From an uncultured Lentisphaeraceae bacterium (GTDB lineage: Bacteria; Verrucomicrobiota; Kiritimatiellia; RFP12; DVOR01), in assembly GCA_949289005.1 (NCBI GenBank), contig CASEMQ010000067.1, positions 128,365-192,364 on the forward strand: 64,000 nt of DNA. Direction: 5' to 3'. A model generated the notes under the pieces. The model made no database searches and was not told the origin of the DNA. It saw nothing but the letters and a program-made list of their open reading frames with translations. The position numbers and the translations under genes were made by a program. Below are positions 1-7,132 of the stretch, piece by piece. How positions within the stretch are numbered: position 1 is the stretch's first letter; each line of letters opens with the position of its first letter.

Positions 1-302
1 TCGCGCGTCTGCGCCAGCGAATAATGCACCTCCTTGCCCTGACGCTCCGAGACGATCAACCCCGCGCGACGCAACACCTGCAAATGGTGCGACACCACCG
101 CCTTGCTCGCCCCCATCATCACACCCAGGTTCGTCACGCACTCCGTGCAATGGCATAGCACCCAGAAAATCCGCAACCGCGTCGGATCCCCCACCAACGC
201 GAAAAACCGCGCCACCTCCCCAAACCGTCCCACATCCGGCATCCGCGCCAACACCCGCTGAATGTCCTGCCCATGATGATGCGGCAAATCATAATGCGCC
301 AT
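1..302 (-). CDS. ArsR/SmtB-family metalloregulatory transcription factor. The start is at 302 and the 3' end runs off the window.
   Basis: Minus-strand translation from the ATG at 302 reads MAHYDLPHHHGQDIQRVLA...VGDPTRLRIFWVLCHCTECVTNLGVMMGASKAVVSHHLQVLRRAGLIVSERQGKEVHYSL. This contains a winged-helix HTH and a CxC metal-site motif typical of ArsR. It lies directly downstream of the PEP-CTERM gene on the same strand. Confidence 0.6.
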   Translation of the reverse strand, partial: MAHYDLPHHHGQDIQRVLARMPDVGRFGEVARFFALVGDPTRLRIFWVLCHCTECVTNLGVMMGASKAVVSHHLQVLRRAGLIVSERQGKEVHYSLAQTR

Positions 303-380
303 CGCCAATCCTCCTTCCCGACTCACGATACGAAAAGGGGAGCCAAAAGGCTCCCCTCACACACGCGCAAACGCCGCGCC

Positions 381-1019
381 TCAGCGAACCCGGCGACGCA
401 ACGCCGCCCCCGCCAAGCCCAACGCCAGCAACGCCAACGCCGTCGGCTCCGGCATCGGAGCGTGAAACGTACCCGCAATCCACGTCGGATCGATGAACTC
501 CGCTTTTATCGGTTTGCCATCGGGTGTCACGTAATCACTGCCAGCGACGTTGACGTAGCCATTGTCGCAAACGGTATTCCCAACGGTTCCCGCTTGGGCG
601 ACCGCATACTTGGTGGCATCGGCCACATTGCTATTGTTGAAGATGACCAAGTAATAATAACCTTCGTTGGTAACATTACCGAAACCCACGTGGTTGGTGT
701 ACCCTGTCGCCGGGTTTTTCTCCTTAGCCGGACCACGCACGTCTTGTCCGGAAATATCGCTGGCGGAGACGAACGTCGAGCCGGCGGTGTCACCTTCCGC
801 CCCGGACGCCGTTCCATAACCTTGCCCACCAATCTCGTTGTTCACGGCGGTCACCACCTGCGTGCCCGACGTAAGCTGTGTGGTCGAATAGACGAAATAA
901 ACGCTCGAATTGGATTCCCAAGTACCGGAAGCGTTGGAGTTCCACTGCCACGAAACCGTAACTGCCGACGCATAACCAACAATCATGGCACCGAAAGCGG
1001 CCAACAAACACTTTCTCAT
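381..1019 (-). CDS. Secreted PEP-CTERM-anchored protein of 212 aa
   Basis: N-terminal signal peptide MRKCLLAAFGAMIVGYASA. The C-terminus reads PEPTALALLALGLAGAALRRRVR, i.e. a PEP motif, a hydrophobic helix and an Arg-rich tail, which is the exosortase sorting signal. Confidence 0.75.
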   Translation of the reverse strand: MRKCLLAAFGAMIVGYASAVTVSWQWNSNASGTWESNSSVYFVYSTTQLTSGTQVVTAVNNEIGGQGYGTASGAEGDTAGSTFVSASDISGQDVRGPAKEKNPATGYTNHVGFGNVTNEGYYYLVIFNNSNVADATKYAVAQAGTVGNTVCDNGYVNVAGSDYVTPDGKPIKAEFIDPTWIAGTFHAPMPEPTALALLALGLAGAALRRRVR

Positions 1020-1057
1020 AGTCTCTCCCTTGCTGACAAAATCAACACTGAACAGTT

Positions 1058-1882
1058 TTATTGCGCAGAAGCCGCACGATAGTAGTAGAATGCCTCGCCA
1101 GGCGCAATGGTGCGCTCCTCGTCCGTGACCGCGGCGTCTGCCGCCGACTTGTCACGCGGAATGACCGCATGACCGTTTTCGCGGTAAACCTCCCAAGTGT
1201 CGATGCCTTGCCCATCGTTGTAGTAGATGTAGGTCAGGTAGGACGACGAACCGGCCTGGACGCGAAGCAACTGGTCACCATTCTGAAGATCCGCAATATC
1301 GTAGATGTCCACGGGTTCGGAGGTGTTGTTGCCAAACATCAACATCCCATTCATGTCGCCGGAATACGCGACAATCTTTTCGGTTTGAGTGTGCTGTTCC
1401 CCACAGAAGATGGTTTCGGCGGGACGTTCCGACGTTTCGGTCGCAACAGCAATCCCGGGGATGGTGAACGTAACGCCCTTGGCATTCAACCACAGATAGG
1501 CCTTGTTCTGGACCAAATCCTCGCCCGTGGAGTCACCGTCATTCGGCGTCCACGCCAACGCGCCATCCGAGCCTTTCTTCAATCTCCACGAGGTGTTGGC
1601 CGCATACCCCTCCTCCTCGGAATTGCCTTGGATCGTGAGCGTGGTGGACTCGGAGAAGCCCTCCGTGGTGGGCGGGAGCACGTCGTTGAGGGGCGCACCC
1701 TTGGTCTGACCTTGGCCGGTGATGTCGAAGCCGCGCACGGGGAGACAGAGGAATTGGTAGCCCGTGTCGCTCTCGACGGGCGCCTTGCGGATGACCACGG
1801 CCGTGTTGTTGCCCGGGACGCCGGCGGCGATTGCCGCGCCCGTAATCGCCACACAGGCGGAAAAGACGAACAGACTCTTCAT
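1058..1882 (-). CDS. Secreted hypothetical protein of 274 aa
   Basis: Signal peptide MKSLFVFSACVAITGAAIAAG. It overlaps the upstream gene's stop (1879..1882) and is co-directional with the PEP-CTERM gene. Confidence 0.5.
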   Translation of the reverse strand: MKSLFVFSACVAITGAAIAAGVPGNNTAVVIRKAPVESDTGYQFLCLPVRGFDITGQGQTKGAPLNDVLPPTTEGFSESTTLTIQGNSEEEGYAANTSWRLKKGSDGALAWTPNDGDSTGEDLVQNKAYLWLNAKGVTFTIPGIAVATETSERPAETIFCGEQHTQTEKIVAYSGDMNGMLMFGNNTSEPVDIYDIADLQNGDQLLRVQAGSSSYLTYIYYNDGQGIDTWEVYRENGHAVIPRDKSAADAAVTDEERTIAPGEAFYYYRAASAQ

Positions 1883-2970
1883 CGTGTTTCTCCTTGCAGG
1901 TTTTTATCGCCCTTCAGGCGGTAAAAACGCGTTGTATCATTGAAAACCGGAATCGAGACGACACCCTCTTCTCTGATACGCCACTTAGTATAGCGCATCG
2001 CGTCGGAATTCGCAAGTCCTTTTTCTTGGAGGAAGGTATCGAAGGGTACCCACGTGCCGTCGAGCGCGTCCGACGTCTCCAGCGTGTAGGTCGTGATGTC
2101 GGGCGCTTGGGCCGGGGAGAGGGTAAGCGACAGCGTGGGCGTCCCGCCCCCCTGCGCGAGCGACATCCCCGAGATGGCCGGCTTGAGCGCGGCCTCGATG
2201 GCCGTAGGGTCGGTCAGCGTCTCACCGGCAACCACAATCGATGAAAGGGGCGCGGTCTCCTGAATCGCGGCAATGGTCGTCGCACCGCTATACCCACCAA
2301 AAGTCATCCCTTCTGGAAGATTCATCGCAATATTCTTCACACCCATCGGGGTTGCCTCGAAACGATGGCAAAAAGAAGCACCGTAGGCGGCAAGCGGCGT
2401 GGGCGCCTTCCCGTCGGTCACGCGCGCGGCAACCGTCGTCTCCCCGGTTTGAGGGTCGACGACCCGCGTATCGAACACCACGCAATAGAGGTAGGCATAA
2501 CGCATAGGGCGCGTACCGGCAGAGTTCGGCCAATAAAACGACATCAGTCGATATTCCCCATTGCCGCCACTCAAGGGTTGCCACGTTCCTGCAGGAAGTC
2601 CATCTTCGCCAACGACTTGGGTTGTCTCGTCGGCGTTGGCGGTGGCGAGCGTGGCCCACGTGAGCACATCGAGGTTGTCTTCCTTGGCCTGCAACGTGCC
2701 ATCGGCGGCAATAGCGAAGGGAACCTCCTCACCTGTAGCGGTCGTCGATAGGACAATCCCACTCTTGGGCACGGCGAAGACAAACCCAAATTGTTCCCCC
2801 GGGAGCGCGACCGATCCATCGGCGTACGTGAGCGGCGCGGAACCAATGGTCTGCTCCCCGGAAGTCACGCCACGCACGAACATGATTTGCGCATATGTCG
2901 ACAAGCCAATTTGCGCCCGGGCGAGGGGCGCGAGAGCGAGCAACGCGAAGAGAAAACAACTGTTTTTCAT
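1879..2970 (-). CDS. Secreted hypothetical protein of about 363 aa. The true start is internal to the listed 464-aa ORF.
   Basis: The internal Met begins MKNSCFLFALLALAPLARAQ, a classic signal peptide. The 100 aa upstream in the ORF are Pro/Arg-rich and run into repeat copy A, so I start the gene at 2970. Confidence 0.5.
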   Translation of the reverse strand: MKNSCFLFALLALAPLARAQIGLSTYAQIMFVRGVTSGEQTIGSAPLTYADGSVALPGEQFGFVFAVPKSGIVLSTTATGEEVPFAIAADGTLQAKEDNLDVLTWATLATANADETTQVVGEDGLPAGTWQPLSGGNGEYRLMSFYWPNSAGTRPMRYAYLYCVVFDTRVVDPQTGETTVAARVTDGKAPTPLAAYGASFCHRFEATPMGVKNIAMNLPEGMTFGGYSGATTIAAIQETAPLSSIVVAGETLTDPTAIEAALKPAISGMSLAQGGGTPTLSLTLSPAQAPDITTYTLETSDALDGTWVPFDTFLQEKGLANSDAMRYTKWRIREEGVVSIPVFNDTTRFYRLKGDKNLQGETR

Positions 2971-3091
2971 GGGGATAAGTGTAGCAAAAATGCGGGGGTG
3001 TTGCCAAGAACGGGCAAGCGAAACGGTGAACGGCGGACCGGGAGCGGCGCGTTTTTTCCGGGCGTCGACGGGGCTTTGCGCGGGTGCGGGA

Positions 3092-3282
3092 AACGGCCGT
3101 TTCGGCCTTCGGTTTGGGGTTGTCGATAACTTTCGCGAATCTGTCGAAAACCTGTTGAAAGCGGGAGCGGCCGGGAGGGGGTCAAAAAGGGGGAATTCAA
3201 TCAGGGAGCGGGGTCGTTTTTCGGGATGCGCCGTACCTCGGGTTGAGACACGGCGCATCCCGGGGTGAGGCACGGCGCGATT
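3092..3282 (+). repeat. Copy A of a roughly 170-190-bp interspersed intergenic repeat. It has a conserved 5' block TGTCGATAACTTTCGCGAATCTGTCGAAAACCTGTTGAAA and palindromic arms.
   Basis: Nucleotide-level near-identity with copies at 15706..15897 (-), 38598..38770 (-) and 60612..60790 (+). An internal inverted repeat, gggatgcgccgt ... acggcgcatccc, spans 3223..3261. Confidence 0.75.
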
Positions 3283-3394
3283 CCGTCGACCGCAGTCCGT
3301 GCACGATTCGCCTGCACGGCGCCGCGTACCGCAGGACGCACCCGGGCGGGCGGGGATTGCGCGGCGGGGCGGGGTGCGTTAGGATAGAGACACT

Positions 3395-4633
3395 ATGAAT
3401 CGCAGAAACTTTCTTTCCATGTTGGGGGTCACGGGCGCGGGGGTCGCGCTGGGACCCGGAGTCGTGACCGCCGCCGAGGTCAAGCAGCCTGCCGCCGAAA
3501 CCAGGCAACCCGCGACCGAGGGTTTTGCCGTGGCGCCCTATGCGCAGCTGACGGCGCCGGGCGTCGTCGAGATTCGCTGGCGCACGCGCATGCCCGCGAC
3601 CGCCACCGTTTTCTGGACACAGGAGCCCGCGCGGCCGCGCGAGGGCTGGGCGCGCGCCGTCCGCACGGAGGATGGGATGATCGCGGCCAACGAGGTGGCG
3701 CACCGCATCGTGCTGGAGGGGTTGGACCCGGCCAAGCCGCTTGCCTTCGAGGCCGTCTCCGAGCCCATCACGAGTTTCGGCGCCTACAGCATCCGGCGGG
3801 GCGCGGCCTTTGCGTCGGGCGTGCGGACGTTGCGGCCGACGCTCAACGCGGACGGCTCGCTCACCTTCGTGGTTTTCAACGACCTGCACGGGCAGGCGGC
3901 CAACCACCTGCCCCACTTCCTGGCGTTGCCGGAGGTGGCGGCGGCCAAGCCGGCCTTCGCGCTCTTCAATGGCGACTGCGCCGATGACTGCGGGTCGCAG
4001 GAGGGCGTCGAGAAACGCTTCCTCAACGCCTTGCCGCCCCTCACGGAGGCCGGGCTCCCGGCGCTTTACCTGCGCGGCAACCACGAGTATCGCGGGGCCA
4101 TGGCGCGGCGCATCCGCGCCAACCTCGCCCCGCTCGCCAACGGCAAGTTTTACGGCGCCTTCGACCTCGGCCCCGCGCGGTTCCTCATGCTGGACAGCGG
4201 CGAGGACAAACCCGACGACGCCAAGGTCTACGGCGGCCTGCTCGCCACCGACGCCTATTTGCGGGAGCAGGCCGACTGGCTCCGCCGCGAGGTAGCCTCG
4301 CCCGCCTGGAAGGCCGCCAAGCATCGCTTGGCCTTTTGGCACATCCCGCCGGTGAGCGACAATCCCGGCGAGGACAAGTGGTATGGCCCCACGCGGCTAC
4401 GCGAGCTCATCTCGCCCACGCTCAAGGACGCGGGGCTGGACGCCTTGGTCAGCGCCCACACCCACATGCACCGCTTGGTCAAGCCCACCGAGGCGCACCC
4501 CTATCCCATCCTGATCGGCGGCGGGCCAAACCCCAAGGGCGCCACCGTCATCCTCGCGCGCGTCTCCGCGCAGGGCGTCAGCCTCGTCGCCTACGGGCAC
4601 GACGGCAAGGCGCTCCACGAGGTCAAGGCCTAA
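3395..4633 (+). CDS. Tat-exported calcineurin-like metallophosphoesterase (purple-acid-phosphatase-like)
   Basis: MNRRNFLSMLGVTGAG is a twin-arginine signal. The motifs GDCADD and RGNHEY match a metallophosphatase active site. Confidence 0.75.
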   Translation: MNRRNFLSMLGVTGAGVALGPGVVTAAEVKQPAAETRQPATEGFAVAPYAQLTAPGVVEIRWRTRMPATATVFWTQEPARPREGWARAVRTEDGMIAANEVAHRIVLEGLDPAKPLAFEAVSEPITSFGAYSIRRGAAFASGVRTLRPTLNADGSLTFVVFNDLHGQAANHLPHFLALPEVAAAKPAFALFNGDCADDCGSQEGVEKRFLNALPPLTEAGLPALYLRGNHEYRGAMARRIRANLAPLANGKFYGAFDLGPARFLMLDSGEDKPDDAKVYGGLLATDAYLREQADWLRREVASPAWKAAKHRLAFWHIPPVSDNPGEDKWYGPTRLRELISPTLKDAGLDALVSAHTHMHRLVKPTEAHPYPILIGGGPNPKGATVILARVSAQGVSLVAYGHDGKALHEVKA

Positions 4634-4636
4634 GCC

Positions 4637-5854
4637 ATGAAGCGCCGCGCCTTCCTGGCCGCCCTTGGCGGCACCGTCGCCGCGCCCGCGCTCGTCGCCG
4701 CGCCCGCCCCCAAGGACGGGGCGCGGGGCAAGGGGACGGGCGCGGACTTCCTCCAGCCGCCCACCGCGCAACTCGTCGGCCCCGACGCGCTGGCCATCTG
4801 CTGGCGCACCGCGGGGGCCTCCGCCGGGAGCGTCCGCTGGACGCAGGACCCCGACCTGCCCGAAGAAAAGTGGGCCACCGCGCGGCGCGTCGTGGACGGG
4901 CTTGTCGCCTCCAACCGCCCCGACCACCTTGTCACCCTGCGCGGCGTGGACTTCACGAAGCCGATCCGCTTCCGCGTCGAGTCCGTCGCGACGACGATGG
5001 ATCCGTGGTGGACGCGCTTCGGCGAGACGACCCGTGGCGAGACCGTCGCCATCCCGCCGCTTGTCCGCGCGGGCGACGCGCTCACCTTCGCGGTGCTCAA
5101 CGACCTGCACGCCAACACCGCGCTCATCCCCGACCTGCTTGGGCTGGCGCCCATCGCCGAGGCCAACCCGGCCTTCGTGGCGCTCAACGGCGATTGCGCC
5201 GGCAACGTCAGCGGCCCCGAGCAGTTGCGCAAGGCGTTGCTCGGGCCGATGGCCGACCTCACCGCCCGCGGCGTGCCCATGCTCTTTCTGCGCGGCAACC
5301 ACGAGTATCGCGGCGTGATGGCGCGCCGCCTGCGCGAGGCCTTCGCCACCTTCACGCCCACCGACGCCTATTACGCCGACTTCGCCCTCGGCCCGTTGCG
5401 CCTGCTCCTGCTCGATGGCGGCGAGGACAAGGTCGACACCCACCGCGAATACTGCGGGCTCCTGGCGTGCGAGGATTACCTGGCGCAAGAGGGGCGTTGG
5501 CTCCGGGGCGCCGTGGCCACGCCGGAATGGAAGGCCGCCAAGCGCCGCCTCGCGCTCTGCCACATCCCGCCCGAATGCGGCAATGCGGACGAGGACGCCA
5601 AGCATGGCCCCGCGCGTCTGCGCCGTTTCCTCTCGCCGAGCCTCCGCGAGGCCGGGCTGGCCGCCCTGCTCTGCGCGCACACCCACCGCGAGGGTTTCCT
5701 CCCCGCCACGGAGGCGCGCCCCTACCCCATCCTCATCGGCGGCGGCCCCAAGGCCAAAAACGCCACCGTCACGCTCGTGCGGGCCACCCCCGAGCGCCTC
5801 GACATCACCGCCTACGCCCACGACGGCACGCGCCTGCACGCCATCAACACCTAA
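4637..5854 (+). CDS. Tat-exported metallophosphoesterase, a tandem paralog of the preceding gene
   Basis: MKRRAFLAALGG is a Tat signal. The same motifs appear (NGDCAGN, RGNHEYRG) and the two proteins align along their whole length. It starts 3 nt after the upstream stop. Confidence 0.75.
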   Translation: MKRRAFLAALGGTVAAPALVAAPAPKDGARGKGTGADFLQPPTAQLVGPDALAICWRTAGASAGSVRWTQDPDLPEEKWATARRVVDGLVASNRPDHLVTLRGVDFTKPIRFRVESVATTMDPWWTRFGETTRGETVAIPPLVRAGDALTFAVLNDLHANTALIPDLLGLAPIAEANPAFVALNGDCAGNVSGPEQLRKALLGPMADLTARGVPMLFLRGNHEYRGVMARRLREAFATFTPTDAYYADFALGPLRLLLLDGGEDKVDTHREYCGLLACEDYLAQEGRWLRGAVATPEWKAAKRRLALCHIPPECGNADEDAKHGPARLRRFLSPSLREAGLAALLCAHTHREGFLPATEARPYPILIGGGPKAKNATVTLVRATPERLDITAYAHDGTRLHAINT

Positions 5855-5896
5855 AAAGTGCTTGCTTTTTAACGCGATATTTGATATACTGCACGT

Positions 5897-7132
5897 ATGA
5901 AAGTCATTCATACGGCAGATTGGCATTTGGGCGCGAGGCTCCATGACCAGGAACGCGCGGACGAGCACCGGGCGTTCCTGGCTTTTTTGTTGGGGTTGAT
6001 CGAGACGGAACGGCCGGACGCGTTGTTGGTGTCGGGGGACATCTTCGACATGCGCCAGCCGGGCCTTTCGGCGCAACGGCAGTATTACGCGTTTCTGGCG
6101 GATCTGGCGGCGTTGCCCTACCGCCCGATGTGCGTCATCACGGCGGGCAACCACGACTCGGCCTACTTCCTGGCCTCGGCCAAGGAGGTGCTGCGCTTCC
6201 TGAACGTGCGGGTGGTCGCCAAGGCGGGGGAGGATGTGGCGGACGAGGTGGTGACGTTGCCCCGCGCGGACGGTTCGCCGGGACTGGCGATCGCGGCGAT
6301 CCCCTTCCTAAGCGAGGGCGAGCTGAACAACATCGCCCGCGCGGCCGGCGTGACGGAGGACGTGCCCGGCGGCCCCCGCCGCGCCGAGGTGGGCTGGCGG
6401 CGCCACGTGCGGGCCGTCATCGCGGCCGCGCGGGCCGCCGCGCCGGGCGTGCCCGTGGTGGCGATGGCGCATGGCACGCTGACGGGCGCGACGGTGAGCG
6501 ACGACCGTTCGGAGCGCGGGCGGCGCATCGGCGGCGTGGAGGCGTTGCCGGCGGATGCCTTCGCGGGGGCCGACTATGTGGCGTTGGGGCACCTGCACCT
6601 GCCGCAGGCCGTCGGCGCGGCGCACAACATCCGCTACGCGGGCGCGCCGCTGGCGATGAGTTTCGACGAGGCGGCGCGCGCCAAGTCCGTGACGGTGGTG
6701 GAGCCGGGCGAACGCGCGGGCGACCCGATCGCGGTGCGCGAGGTGCCGACGCCGTGCCCCGTGGCGTTGCGGCGCTTCACGGGCACGGCCGAGGACGTCC
6801 GCCGCGACCTCGCGGCCTTCGCGGCCACGGATGCGCCGGCCTATGTGGCGGCGCGCGTGACGGAGGGGGAGGGCGACCTGACGGCGCTCTGGCCGGCGCT
6901 GCAGGCGCTTTTCCCGCCGGAGAAGGCGGCGCGCCTCCTGCTGATGGAGGATGCCCGGGCGGCGGTCGCGCCGGGCACAGGGCTGGCCGCCGTGGCGGAG
7001 GGACAGCCGCTCGATGCGCTCGAGCCGCTGGAGGTGGCGCGTCTGCGCCTGGATGAGCTGCCCAACCTCTCGGACGAGGAGCGCGCGGCGTATCTGGATC
7101 TGGTGAAAGAGGCGATGGGGGACCTGGCATGA
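5897..7132 (+). CDS. sbcD: Exonuclease SbcCD subunit D, an Mre11-like nuclease
   Basis: MKVIHTADWHLG...GDIFD...AGNHD are phosphoesterase motifs I-III of Mre11/SbcD. Its stop overlaps the sbcC start in an ATGA junction. Confidence 0.85.
   Translation: MKVIHTADWHLGARLHDQERADEHRAFLAFLLGLIETERPDALLVSGDIFDMRQPGLSAQRQYYAFLADLAALPYRPMCVITAGNHDSAYFLASAKEVLRFLNVRVVAKAGEDVADEVVTLPRADGSPGLAIAAIPFLSEGELNNIARAAGVTEDVPGGPRRAEVGWRRHVRAVIAAARAAAPGVPVVAMAHGTLTGATVSDDRSERGRRIGGVEALPADAFAGADYVALGHLHLPQAVGAAHNIRYAGAPLAMSFDEAARAKSVTVVEPGERAGDPIAVREVPTPCPVALRRFTGTAEDVRRDLAAFAATDAPAYVAARVTEGEGDLTALWPALQALFPPEKAARLLLMEDARAAVAPGTGLAAVAEGQPLDALEPLEVARLRLDELPNLSDEERAAYLDLVKEAMGDLA

Noticed and set aside
4397-6154. 585-aa ORF on the minus strand covering both metallophosphoesterase genes
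   Set aside because: It is antisense to two well-supported genes and its translation is Gly/Arg/Ala-rich low complexity. This is a typical high-GC shadow ORF.
3395-7132. Idea that the tandem metallophosphoesterases plus sbcDC form a novel nuclease-based defence module
   Set aside because: Both phosphoesterases carry clear Tat signal peptides and would be periplasmic, whereas SbcCD is cytoplasmic. The adjacency is more likely positional. It is kept as a low-interest finding, not a system call.
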